Shown: positions 28,873-37,959 of the stretch, piece after piece
Numbering within the stretch: position 1 is the stretch's first letter
How the letters are laid out: every line of letters begins with the position of its first letter
Origin: Longimicrobiales bacterium
GTDB taxonomy: Bacteria > Gemmatimonadota > Gemmatimonadetes > Longimicrobiales > Gaopeijiaceae
DNA length: 64,000 nucleotides
Assembly (NCBI GenBank): GCA_965202985.1
Contig: CBDBCF010000002.1
Location: forward strand, 832,001 to 896,000
Reading direction: 5' to 3'
The notes under the pieces: generated by a model
Database searches by the model: none
Told to the model about the DNA's origin: nothing
The model's input: the letters and a program-made list of their open reading frames with translations, nothing else
Made by a program: the position numbers and the translations under genes

Positions 28873-30651
28873 GTGACCGCACTTCTCGCCTTCGCGCTCC
28901 TGCAAGTCGCCGAGCTGCCGCCAGCCACCCACTACGGGGACTACGCCGTGGGCTTGGCAACCGGCTTCGCGGTGGACTCGCGCCAGCGCTTCGACCCCTG
29001 GGGCGCCGCCTACGGCCGACCCGAATACCGCGCCATGCTCCGACGCGTGGAAGCCCGCGGACAGGTGCGCACGGTCGTCTTTCAGCTGTGGTATCCGGCA
29101 ACGCCCGAGAGCGGCGCTGAACGGCTGGACGGCCCTCGGTCGCCATTCCCGGCGGCCAGCGGACGACGCGCCAACATGTACGATCTGTTCTTCCAGGAAC
29201 CCGAGATGGCGCGCGCCGCGCTGATGGGAGGACTGGACCCGGGCCTCGTCCACGTTCAGGGCGGAGGCTCGCTGGCGGGCGCCGCCGCCGAGGACCAGCG
29301 CGCCGCAATGGACGAGCTGGCCGAGTTCGTTGCGGGCAGGAGCCTTGCCGGGTGGCAGGACGCCCGTCCGGCGGACGGCGAGTTCCCCCTGGTCGTTCTC
29401 GCTCACGGACTCGGCGGCCACTACGCCATGTGGATCTCGCTGGCCGAGCACCTGGCGTCGCACGGATACGTGGTGGCCGCGCCCACGTTCGTCTCCGACG
29501 GATCCCCGGCGATGGTCTTTCACGACGAGGACTCGCCGTACGCCCGGCAGGCCTCGCCCGGGGAGCTGCGGCGCGCGTACCAGCTTCTCGTCTCCGAGCC
29601 CAAGGTCGTTCCCTACTTCCACCGCCTGCTCTTCGACTACGAGGCCGAGGAAGAGTTCCCGCCGCCGGAAGCGTTCGGTCCCGGCGGGGCTACGATCGTG
29701 CCCGGCGGCGTCGAGCGCGCCACCACCATGATGCGCAACCTCTTCCGCCAACGGGTGTCCGACGTGGGCCTCCTGATCCACACGACCCGCCTGCTGGGCA
29801 AGGACGCCGAGACCTGCGCCACGGCTCTGACGGCCATGGGCGCCACCAGCGCGGCGCGCAACTTGTGCGGCCTGCTGACCGGCCGCATCGCCGACGGGCC
29901 CGCCGGTGTCGGGGGACATTCCCTGGGCTCGATGACCGCCCAGTTCGCAGCCAACGCACTGCCCGGGGTGGCCGCGGCCCTGGGCTTCAACAACGGTCCG
30001 CCGTTCATGTGGACGCCCGAAGAGATGCTGGCGGGGGAAGACGCGGAAGAGGGGTTGCCCGGCGGCATCCGCAAGCCTTTGCTGCTCATGGTCGGCGACG
30101 AGGACGCGTTCGTGCAGCAGGTGTTCATGGGCATCTTCCAGCGGGACGTGAGCTTGGCCGGCGGGGACCCGGCGGAGTCGTTCCCGCTGGCGCCGGAGCG
30201 GGCGCTGCCCGACCGCATGGAGAACCCGCAGCCCGTGGCGCTGAGCACGTGGCGCCGCGCCATGTCGGATCGCGTCCTGGTCGTCGTGCGCGACGTGGAC
30301 CACAGCATCGCGGCCGAGGACTTGATGCGGGACGTGCCGTGGCCGGCTTTCGAGCGAGGCGACATCCCGTTCGGAATCAGCACGGAACGCCGGCGCAAGC
30401 CGACCGGGGCCGACGCGCTGGATCCCGCGTCCGAGCCCGGCGAACCCTACCAGCAGCTGGGATGGGGCCCCGTGGACGGCCCGGGCGACGCCGGCGGCAA
30501 CGCGGAGGCGTACCTTCCCCATCTCGTGCGGGACTGGTATGCGCGGGCGTGGTTCGACTGGCACCTCAAGGGCGACGCGGAGGCACGTCGCCGGCTGACC
30601 GGCGACGACCCGTTCGGTTCGCTGACCTCCGTGCGCCGGGAGTTTCGGTAG
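28873..30651 (+). CDS. Secreted alpha/beta hydrolase (PAF-acetylhydrolase/dienelactone hydrolase-like)
   Basis: QLWYPA, FPLVVLAHGLGG, LAEHLASHGYVVAAP, nucleophile elbow GHSLG, C-terminal AWFDWHLKG. Confidence 0.8.
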   Translation: MTALLAFALLQVAELPPATHYGDYAVGLATGFAVDSRQRFDPWGAAYGRPEYRAMLRRVEARGQVRTVVFQLWYPATPESGAERLDGPRSPFPAASGRRANMYDLFFQEPEMARAALMGGLDPGLVHVQGGGSLAGAAAEDQRAAMDELAEFVAGRSLAGWQDARPADGEFPLVVLAHGLGGHYAMWISLAEHLASHGYVVAAPTFVSDGSPAMVFHDEDSPYARQASPGELRRAYQLLVSEPKVVPYFHRLLFDYEAEEEFPPPEAFGPGGATIVPGGVERATTMMRNLFRQRVSDVGLLIHTTRLLGKDAETCATALTAMGATSAARNLCGLLTGRIADGPAGVGGHSLGSMTAQFAANALPGVAAALGFNNGPPFMWTPEEMLAGEDAEEGLPGGIRKPLLLMVGDEDAFVQQVFMGIFQRDVSLAGGDPAESFPLAPERALPDRMENPQPVALSTWRRAMSDRVLVVVRDVDHSIAAEDLMRDVPWPAFERGDIPFGISTERRRKPTGADALDPASEPGEPYQQLGWGPVDGPGDAGGNAEAYLPHLVRDWYARAWFDWHLKGDAEARRRLTGDDPFGSLTSVRREFR

Positions 30652-30725
30652 GGGGCGCCTGCTCCGCCGACGACTTGCGGCGACTTCGGGTCCGCCAGGC
30701 GGGTCGCGCTGCGCCCGCCGCCCCG

Positions 30726-31742
30726 TCAACCGCCCGTCTGCGACAACGCCACGAGCCCTCCGGACCCCGCGGCGGAACCTTGTACGAGCAAGTGCTTTTC
30801 GGGCTTGATGCGCAAGGTTTCCGAGATCAGGGGCACCAAGTCGTCGCCCCGCCGCAGCGCCTCCCGCAACGGGGTCTGCACAACGCCGAACAGACAGGGG
30901 CGCAGATGTCCGTCGGCGGTCAGGCGCATTCGGTTGCAGCGGTGGCAGAAGTTGTGGCTCATGGGGGTGATCACGCCGACGGTGCCCTGCGCTCCGGCAA
31001 AGCGGTAGTAGGCGGCCGGCCCGTTGCCGGGCGGGCCCGCGACCGGCTCCAGGGCGCCCACGGCGCGCACTGCGTCCAAGGCCTCGTCGCACGAAAGAAA
31101 GTCGGACGCGCTCAAGTCCAAGTTGGATTCGGTGGGCATGACCTCGATGAAGCGGACGTGCAAGGGGCGATCGCGGGCAAGCTCCGCAAACGCGGGCACC
31201 TCGTCGTCGTTGTGGCCGCGCATGAGCACGACGTTGACCTTGACGGGATCGAAGCCGACGGCCTGTGCGGCCTCCATGCCGTCCATGACCTTGGCCAAGG
31301 TTCCGGGCCGGCGGGCAATGGCGTCCGCCCGGTCGGGGCGCAGCGAATCGAGCGAGATGTTCACGCGCGTCACTCCTGCCGAACGCAGATCCTCGGCTTG
31401 CGACGCCAGAAGCACGGCGTTGGTGGACAGCGCAATGTCCTCGATGCCGGGCACGGCGGCCAGCAACCGGACCAGCCGCGGCAAGTCCTTGCGCACGAGC
31501 GGTTCGCCGCCGGTCAAGCGAACGCGCTTCAGGCCCATCCGCGCCATCACGCGCACGATCTCGGCGATCTCTTCGTAGTCGAGGATCTCGTCCCGGCGCA
31601 GCCACGGAAGTCCTTCTTCGGGCATGCAGTACACGCACCGAAGGTTGCACTTGTCGGTCACCGAGATGCGCAGGTACTCGATCCGTCGGCCGAAGCCGTC
31701 CACCATGGCCGAGGGAACGCGCGGCGCCGCCCGGTAGATCAC
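30726..31742 (-). CDS. moaA: GTP 3',8-cyclase (radical SAM)
   Basis: LRISVTDKCNLRCVYC, LTGGEP, FCHRCNRMRLT, C-terminal GG; start GTG 31742 or ATG 31706. Confidence 0.96.
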   Translation of the reverse strand: MIYRAAPRVPSAMVDGFGRRIEYLRISVTDKCNLRCVYCMPEEGLPWLRRDEILDYEEIAEIVRVMARMGLKRVRLTGGEPLVRKDLPRLVRLLAAVPGIEDIALSTNAVLLASQAEDLRSAGVTRVNISLDSLRPDRADAIARRPGTLAKVMDGMEAAQAVGFDPVKVNVVLMRGHNDDEVPAFAELARDRPLHVRFIEVMPTESNLDLSASDFLSCDEALDAVRAVGALEPVAGPPGNGPAAYYRFAGAQGTVGVITPMSHNFCHRCNRMRLTADGHLRPCLFGVVQTPLREALRRGDDLVPLISETLRIKPEKHLLVQGSAAGSGGLVALSQTGG

Positions 31743-32194
31743 GGCGCATCCCCGGTGCGAGCGGCGCTTGGCGTCTGGCCCTCCAGCCAAGCCGGCTCCC
31801 CGTCCACGTAGTGCTCGCGCTTCCATACGGGAAGCCGCTTCTTGATCTCCTCGATCACGTATCGCGCAGCGTCGAAGGCGGGCGCGCGGTGCGGCGTCGA
31901 CACGGCGATCGCCACGCTGGCCTCGCCCACCTTCAGGGCGCCCAGGCGATGCAAGGCCGCCACGCGGCCGCTCCCGGCCCGTTGCGCCGCCTCGACCACG
32001 ATGGCGGACAGCTCTTCCCGCGCCATGGCCGCATAGCCCTCGTACTCCATGCCCGACACGGGCCTTCCCTCGTTGGCGTTGCGCACCACGCCCAAGAACA
32101 GCGCCACCGCCCCGTCCTCCGGTCCGCCCACCTTGTCCAGCACGTCGTCCGCGCCGATCGGTTCGAAGGTGACGTCGCTCCAGGTCATCGTCAC
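31739..32194 (-). CDS. moaE: Molybdopterin synthase catalytic subunit
   Basis: FLGVVRN, YEGYAAMA, HRLG, PVWKREH. Confidence 0.95.
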   Translation of the reverse strand: MTMTWSDVTFEPIGADDVLDKVGGPEDGAVALFLGVVRNANEGRPVSGMEYEGYAAMAREELSAIVVEAAQRAGSGRVAALHRLGALKVGEASVAIAVSTPHRAPAFDAARYVIEEIKKRLPVWKREHYVDGEPAWLEGQTPSAARTGDAP

Positions 32195-32436
32195 CCTCCG
32201 GCGACCGGCGGAATCAGGGCCACCTCGTCGCCATGGGAGAGCACCACGTCCAAGTCGGCGTAGCGTCGGTTCACGGCCACGGCCACCTGTCCGGGCAACA
32301 TCGCCAGCCCGCCCCCGCGCCCGCGCAGCGCCTCCAGCAGCGCCTCCACGGTGGCTCGCTCGGGCAGCGACACCACGGCCTGCTCCGTTCCGGCCAGCTC
32401 GCGATGGGCGGCGAAGAAGAGGACCGTCACGTCCAC
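32191..32436 (-). CDS. moaD: Molybdopterin synthase sulfur carrier subunit
   Basis: VLFFAAHRE, C-terminal IPPVAGG. Confidence 0.95.
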   Translation of the reverse strand: MDVTVLFFAAHRELAGTEQAVVSLPERATVEALLEALRGRGGGLAMLPGQVAVAVNRRYADLDVVLSHGDEVALIPPVAGG

Positions 32437-32452
32437 GGAGGAGCCAAGCTCG

Positions 32453-32842
32453 CTAGTAGCGGCGCTCGCCGCCGCGCCGGGGCGGCGCCGGGAAGGAGAT
32501 GAACGCAGGGTCGTCAGGGTAGAGCGAGCTTGTCGACGGTTGGGGATCCGCCGCCCCTGGCCCTGCGGTGACGCTGTCGCGCAGCAGCTTGGACGGCTTG
32601 AATACCGGTACGGATCGCGGCGGAACCTCTACCGGCTCTCCGCTCTGGGGGTTTCGGGCGGTGCGACCCGAGTACTCGCGCACCCGGAAGGAGCCGAAGC
32701 CCCTGATCTCGATGCCCTCCCCGTGCACGAGAGCCTGCTTCATGGCGTTGAGGAAGCCGTCCACGACGAGGGCGCAGTCCCGCTTGGTGACCCCCGGCCC
32801 TATGGCTTCGGCGACCTGTTCGACAAGGTCGGCTTTGGTCAT
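32453..32842 (-). CDS. HU/IHF-family DNA-binding protein (IHF-beta-like)
   Basis: MTKADLVE, IEIRGFGSF, ARNPQSGE, PVFKPSK. Confidence 0.92.
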   Translation of the reverse strand: MTKADLVEQVAEAIGPGVTKRDCALVVDGFLNAMKQALVHGEGIEIRGFGSFRVREYSGRTARNPQSGEPVEVPPRSVPVFKPSKLLRDSVTAGPGAADPQPSTSSLYPDDPAFISFPAPPRRGGERRY

Positions 32843-32897
32843 TGCTGTGGCTCCCGGGAAGCTTGGATGGACAAACGACTGGGCGAAGAGCGCATCG

Positions 32898-34064
32898 TCA
32901 GCCGCGTCGCGCGGCCATGAGGTCCACGAATTCGTCGAAGAGATAGCCGCTGTCCCGAGGGCCGGGCGCCGCCTCCGGGTGGTACTGCACGGCGATGACC
33001 GGAAGGCTGCGGTGGGCGATCCCCGCCACGGTTCCGTCGTACAGGTTTCTGTGCGTGATTCGGAGGTCGGGGGCCCCGGAGACCGCGTCGCCGTCGCCTT
33101 CGCCGCGAACCGCGAAGCCGTGGTTTTGGGAAGTGATCTCCACTGCGCCGCGATCGTGGTTCACGACCGGGTGGTTCGCGCCGTGATGGCCGAAGGGAAG
33201 CTTGAACGTCTTGCCCCCGAAGGCCCTCGCGATCAGCTGGTGTCCCAGGCAGATGCCGAAGACGGGCACGCCCGCCATCGCCACATCCCGGATCGCGTCG
33301 GCCGCCCGCGCCACCGCAGCCGGGTCGCCCGGGCCGTTGGAGACGAACAGGCCGTCGGGCTTCAGGGCCATGACTTCGGCCGCGTCCGTCGCGGCAGGCA
33401 AGACCGTCACCTTGCAGCCGCGCTCGGCCAGGTGCCGGGGCGAGCTGGCCTTGACGCCGAAGTCGAAGGCGGCCACGTGATACGCTTCTTGTTCCGTCGG
33501 CGGGATCACGTACGGCTCGCGCGCGGACACGCCGTGCGCCAGCTCCAACCCCTCCATGGGCGGATGGCTGCGGATGCGCTCCAGGAACTCCGCTTGCGGA
33601 ACTTCGGCGGGCGCGATTCCGCCGCGCATGGCGCCCGCGTTGCGGATGTGGCGGGTCAGTGCGCGCGTGTCCACGTCCTGGATGCCCACCACGCCGTGTC
33701 GGGCCAAGTAGTCCTGCAGCGTCTCCCGGCTGCGCCAAGAGCTAGGCGCCCGAGCCGCCTCGCGGACCACGAACCCCGCAGCTTGGGGGCCAGCCGATTC
33801 CTCGTCCTCCTCGTTCGTTCCGTAGTTGCCGATCAGGGGGCAGGTCATGACCACCACTTGTCCCGCGTAGGACGGGTCGGTGAGCACCTCCTGGTAGCCC
33901 GTCATCGCCGTGTTGAAGACGACTTCTCCCACCGCTGCGCCCGCTTGGCCCAGCGCGACCCCGTCGAAGCGCCGTCCGTCCTCCAGCTGCACGTAGGCCG
34001 GACAAAGCCCCGCCCGTCGGGGCGAGCGGGAGCGGCCAGCGGACGGAGCGGAAGACGCGGTCAT
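32898..34064 (-). CDS. carA: Carbamoyl-phosphate synthase small subunit
   Basis: GEVVFNTAMTGYQE, SNGPGDP, GICLGHQ, QNHGF, QYHPEA. Confidence 0.96.
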   Translation of the reverse strand: MTASSAPSAGRSRSPRRAGLCPAYVQLEDGRRFDGVALGQAGAAVGEVVFNTAMTGYQEVLTDPSYAGQVVVMTCPLIGNYGTNEEDEESAGPQAAGFVVREAARAPSSWRSRETLQDYLARHGVVGIQDVDTRALTRHIRNAGAMRGGIAPAEVPQAEFLERIRSHPPMEGLELAHGVSAREPYVIPPTEQEAYHVAAFDFGVKASSPRHLAERGCKVTVLPAATDAAEVMALKPDGLFVSNGPGDPAAVARAADAIRDVAMAGVPVFGICLGHQLIARAFGGKTFKLPFGHHGANHPVVNHDRGAVEITSQNHGFAVRGEGDGDAVSGAPDLRITHRNLYDGTVAGIAHRSLPVIAVQYHPEAAPGPRDSGYLFDEFVDLMAARRG

Positions 34065-34173
34065 GGAGTCAAATGTAGGCCAGGGCCTTCCGGAGCGTCA
34101 AAGCGACCCGGTATCTTGGTCCGGCTCCGGCCTCCCCTTCCCCCTCGCCGAACCGGTGATGCGACCCCGCGAA

Positions 34174-34758
34174 ATGACAGCACCTTCGGCCGTCCAAGTC
34201 CACGCCGACGAGTCGTGCTTGGGCAACCAATTCAAGGGTCGCGACCGGCCCGGCGGCGCCGCGGCCTTGATGGAGCACTGGAAGGACGGTCTCTGGGTGC
34301 GCAGGGACGTGTGGACGTCCAGTCCTACCACGACCAACAACCAGATGGCCATTGCCAGCGCGATCCTTGCCTTGGACGCATTGAAGGAGCCGTGTCGGGT
34401 GCTCTTCGTGTCGGATTCCCAGTACTTGGTCAAGGGTGCATCGGAGTGGATGCCCGGCTGGAAGCGCCGAAACTGGAAGCGCAAGGGCGGCCCCATCGAG
34501 AACTTGTCGCTTTGGCGGCGGCTGGACCGGAGGGCGGCCGCGCACGACGTCTCGTGGCAGTGGGTCCGGGGCCACGCGGGCAACCCAAGGAACGAGTACG
34601 TCAACGACTTGGCAGTGCGGGCCGCGCGCGAGCAGTCCTCGGCGCCGGCGCCCGTGCCGTCGGGGTTCGAGGACTGGCTGAACCGGCAGCGGGAGGAGCG
34701 GGACCGCTACTGGGACTACATGGAGTTCGCGCCGCCGGGGTCGTCCACCCAGCCGTAG
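34174..34758 (+). CDS. rnhA: Ribonuclease HI (atypical active site)
   Basis: ADESCLGN, TTNNQM, SDSQY, WVRGHAG; start 34174 or 34159. Confidence 0.88.
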   Translation: MTAPSAVQVHADESCLGNQFKGRDRPGGAAALMEHWKDGLWVRRDVWTSSPTTTNNQMAIASAILALDALKEPCRVLFVSDSQYLVKGASEWMPGWKRRNWKRKGGPIENLSLWRRLDRRAAAHDVSWQWVRGHAGNPRNEYVNDLAVRAAREQSSAPAPVPSGFEDWLNRQREERDRYWDYMEFAPPGSSTQP

Positions 34759-35411
34759 CCGAACTCGGCCCGCATCGCCGACACGAGCGGCGGGGCGGCT
34801 TCCGAAGTCGGGACGCGCCGCCCCAGCAACCGACTCAAGCTGGTCACCGGGCGGTTCGGTATGCCGCAGGGCACGATGGCACCGAAGTAGTCCAGGTCCG
34901 TGTCGGCGTTCAGAGCAAAGCCGTGGGACGTGATCCATCGCGACGACACCCGGACGCCTATCGCCGCGACTTTGGCGCCGTTCACCCAAACGCCGGTCCG
35001 CGAAGGGTCGCGCTCGCCTTCTAGGCCGAAGGCGCGAAGGGCGGCGACGAGGACGCGCTCCAGGCTTCGCAAGTAGGCGTGCAGGTCCTTGCGGTCGGGC
35101 TTGAGGTCGAGCACGGGGTAGCCCACGAGTTGTCCGGGACCGTGGTAGGTCACGTCACCGCCTCGCCGGACGCGGTGCAGGGCGATGCGGCGCGCGGCCA
35201 ACTCCGCCGGAGAGATCAAGACGTGCTCGGACCGGCCGGACGAACCCACGGTCACGACGTGAGGGTGCTCGAGCAGCAACAGCGTGTCGGGCGCGCGGCC
35301 CAGTCGGCGGCGTTCGACCAAGCGCGACTGGAGGGCGACGCCGTCCTCGTAGTCGAGCCGCCCCGGATATCGCACGGCCAAGGTGCGCCCGGCCCAGGAC
35401 GACGCGCTCAC
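34716..35411 (-). CDS. lipB: Lipoyl(octanoyl) transferase
   Basis: LLEHPHV, RGGDVTYHGPGQLVGYP, KVAAIG, SHGFALN, IVPCG. Confidence 0.95.
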   Translation of the reverse strand: MSASSWAGRTLAVRYPGRLDYEDGVALQSRLVERRRLGRAPDTLLLLEHPHVVTVGSSGRSEHVLISPAELAARRIALHRVRRGGDVTYHGPGQLVGYPVLDLKPDRKDLHAYLRSLERVLVAALRAFGLEGERDPSRTGVWVNGAKVAAIGVRVSSRWITSHGFALNADTDLDYFGAIVPCGIPNRPVTSLSRLLGRRVPTSEAAPPLVSAMRAEFGYGWVDDPGGANSM

Positions 35412-35424
35412 TGCCCGCCCCCGG

Positions 35425-36888
35425 TCAGGCGTCCTCGGGGAAATCCTCCATGAGCGCCTTGAGCTGCGACAGGAAACGGGCCGAGTCGGCGCCGTCCACG
35501 AGGCGGTGATCGTAGCCCAGCGAGAAGTAGGAACGCTTCCGGACGGCCAAGTAGTCCTGGCCCGTGTCGGGGTCCGCCAGCACGACTACGCGCTTGTCGA
35601 TCGAACCCGTGCCCAGGATCGCCGAAGTGCCCTTGGGAATGACGGGCATTCCCACCACGGTGCCCAAGACGCCCGGGTTGGTGATGGTGAAGGTGGCGCC
35701 TTGGATTTCGGCGGGGGCCAGCTGGCGGGAGCGCGCGCGCGCGGCCAAGTCGGCGATCTTGGTGGCGATGCCGACCAGGCCCAGGTGATCGGTGTCGTGA
35801 ACCACGGGGACGATGAGGCCGGGGTTCAGGTCCACGGCCAATCCGATTGCGACGGCGCCGCGGTGGACGATGTTGTTGCCGGACACGGTGCCGTTGATCG
35901 TCGGGAAGTCGCGCAGGAGGCGCGCGCACGCCCAGGCCGTGAACGCCGTGTAGGAGACGCGGGCGCCCTGCTCCGCCCACTTGGTCTTGTTGGCCCGGCG
36001 GAGGCGGTCCACGGCGGTGAAGTCGATCTCGATGACGGAGTGGACGTGGGGCGCGATCCGCTTGGCCAGCACCATGTGCTCGGCGGTCAAGCGGCGGACC
36101 TTGCTCATGGCCTCCACGTGATCGCCGTCCCGAACCGGGAAGGAGGGGTGGACGACTTCGCCGTGGTAGCGGTCCCAGAGGTCGTCGGCCGCCGGGGCGG
36201 TCGGAGACGGGACCGGTGCCGGGGCCGCGGGGGTCGGAGACGGGCCGGCGGGGGTCGGAGACGGGGTTGCAGCGGACGGCGCGGGCGTCGGCGCGACGGC
36301 GCCGCCCTTGTCGATGAAGGCCAGGATGTCCTGCTTGGTGACGCGCCCCAGGTGTCCGGTCCCCCCGACGCGCGCCAAGTCCACGCCGGCTTCGCTCGCG
36401 ATGCGCCGGACGACGGGGGTCGAGCGCGTGCGCAAGCGCTCTTCGCTCGTGGCCGTGCAGATCGGTTCGTCGTCGTCCGACTGCGGAGGCTGCGCGACTG
36501 GAGCCGCGGACGGGGCCGCGGAAGTCGGCGGTTGCGCAGGAGACGGCGGCTGCGCGGCCGACGCCGTCGCCCCGTTTGGTTCCTCTTGTTGCACCTCCGG
36601 CTCGGCTTCGGTCGCGGCGACGCCGTCGCTGTTGGCCGACCCGTCCGCCCCGGCGTCGATGAACGCCACGACCGTGCCAACCTCCACGGTCTCGCCCTCG
36701 GCGACCAGCACCTGGGACAGAACCCCGGCCGACGGCGCGGGGATTTCGGCATCCACCTTGTCGGTCGAGATCTCCAGGATCGGCTCGTCCCGCTCTATGG
36801 CGTCGCCGGGTTGCTTCAGCCACCGGGACACCGTGCCCTCGGCAATGGATTCGCCCATCTGAGGCATGGGAACTTCAATGCGCGACAC
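35425..36888 (-). CDS. 2-oxoacid dehydrogenase E2 (dihydrolipoamide acyltransferase)
   Basis: Lipoyl domain STDKVDAE, E3-binding STPVVRRIA..GRVTKQD, catalytic DHRLVDG. Confidence 0.95.
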   Translation of the reverse strand: MSRIEVPMPQMGESIAEGTVSRWLKQPGDAIERDEPILEISTDKVDAEIPAPSAGVLSQVLVAEGETVEVGTVVAFIDAGADGSANSDGVAATEAEPEVQQEEPNGATASAAQPPSPAQPPTSAAPSAAPVAQPPQSDDDEPICTATSEERLRTRSTPVVRRIASEAGVDLARVGGTGHLGRVTKQDILAFIDKGGAVAPTPAPSAATPSPTPAGPSPTPAAPAPVPSPTAPAADDLWDRYHGEVVHPSFPVRDGDHVEAMSKVRRLTAEHMVLAKRIAPHVHSVIEIDFTAVDRLRRANKTKWAEQGARVSYTAFTAWACARLLRDFPTINGTVSGNNIVHRGAVAIGLAVDLNPGLIVPVVHDTDHLGLVGIATKIADLAARARSRQLAPAEIQGATFTITNPGVLGTVVGMPVIPKGTSAILGTGSIDKRVVVLADPDTGQDYLAVRKRSYFSLGYDHRLVDGADSARFLSQLKALMEDFPEDA

Positions 36889-36936
36889 GATCGTTCTCCC
36901 GTCGGCTTTGGCGTATGGCGTCGGTGCGCTGCGACG

Positions 36937-37959
36937 TCAGTATTCTACAAGGTAACGCGCCGCCGCCACCACATCGGCCACCGACGGCAGGAAGTAGTCC
37001 TCCAGGGCGCCGCTGTAGGGTACCGGCGAGTCGATCGCCGTGACGCGCAGAATCGGACCGTCCAGCCACTCGAACGCCCGTTCGTTCACGCGCATCGCGA
37101 TCTCGCCCGCGATGCCGCCCGTTCGGGTGTCCTCGTGAACGACCAGGAGCTTTCCCGTCTTCCGGACGGACCGGGCGATCGACTCCTCGTCCAGCGGCAA
37201 CAACGTTCGCAGATCCAAGACCTCGGCCTTGGTCCCTTCCTTGGCCAGCTCGGCGGCGGCGGCCAAGCAGTGGTGCACCATGAGGCCGTAGGCAACGATC
37301 GTGACGTCGCCTCCGTCCAACGCCTTCCGCGCCTTCCCCATCGGTATGGCGTAGTCCTCGCGGGGCAGCAGCTCCCGGCAGCGAGGCGCGCGGTAGAGTC
37401 CCTTGTGCTCCTCGAATATCACCGGTCCGTCGTCCCGGATGGCGCTCTTCAGAAGTCCCTTGGCGTCTCGCGGGTTCGACGGGTAGACGATCTTCAGGCC
37501 CGGCGTGTGGAAGAACGCCATCTCCACGTTCTGGGAGTGGAACGGGCCGCCGCGGGCGCCGCCGCCGACCGGCCCCCGCACGACCATGGGCAACGGGCCG
37601 GCCCCTCGGTACAGCGAGGTGGCCACGTAGTTGGTCAACACGTCGTAAGCCGGCGAGACGAAGTCCATGAACTGCATTTCCACAACGGGCCGGAGACCCA
37701 TGTGAGCGGCGCCGGCGGCGGCTCCGGTGAACCCCCCTTCGGAGATCGGCGCATCGACGACCCGGGCCGAGCCGAATCGATCCAAGAATCCTTGCGTGAC
37801 CTTGAAGGCGCCCCCGTAGACGCCGATGTCCTCGCCGATCAGGAACACGCGGTCGTCGCGTTCCATCTCTTCCCAGAGCGCCTCGGCGACGGCCTCGAGC
37901 AGGGTGGCCGGCTCGCCGGCGCGCGTGCGCCCAACCTGCGACGGGCGTTCGGCGGTCAA
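36937..37959 (-). CDS. 2-oxoacid dehydrogenase E1 beta subunit
   Basis: TTG 37959 overlapping upstream stop; GEDIG, DAPISE, EMQFMDF, GPFHSQ. Confidence 0.93.
   Translation of the reverse strand: MTAERPSQVGRTRAGEPATLLEAVAEALWEEMERDDRVFLIGEDIGVYGGAFKVTQGFLDRFGSARVVDAPISEGGFTGAAAGAAHMGLRPVVEMQFMDFVSPAYDVLTNYVATSLYRGAGPLPMVVRGPVGGGARGGPFHSQNVEMAFFHTPGLKIVYPSNPRDAKGLLKSAIRDDGPVIFEEHKGLYRAPRCRELLPREDYAIPMGKARKALDGGDVTIVAYGLMVHHCLAAAAELAKEGTKAEVLDLRTLLPLDEESIARSVRKTGKLLVVHEDTRTGGIAGEIAMRVNERAFEWLDGPILRVTAIDSPVPYSGALEDYFLPSVADVVAAARYLVEY

Noticed and set aside
34716..34758. 43-nt convergent overlap of rnhA and lipB
   Set aside because: Short 3' overlaps are common in GC-rich genomes; no sign of a dedicated function
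36195..36266. Three short direct repeats (ggtcggagacggg)
   Set aside because: Encode the PSPTP(A) flexible linker of E2; no unique spacers, not CRISPR
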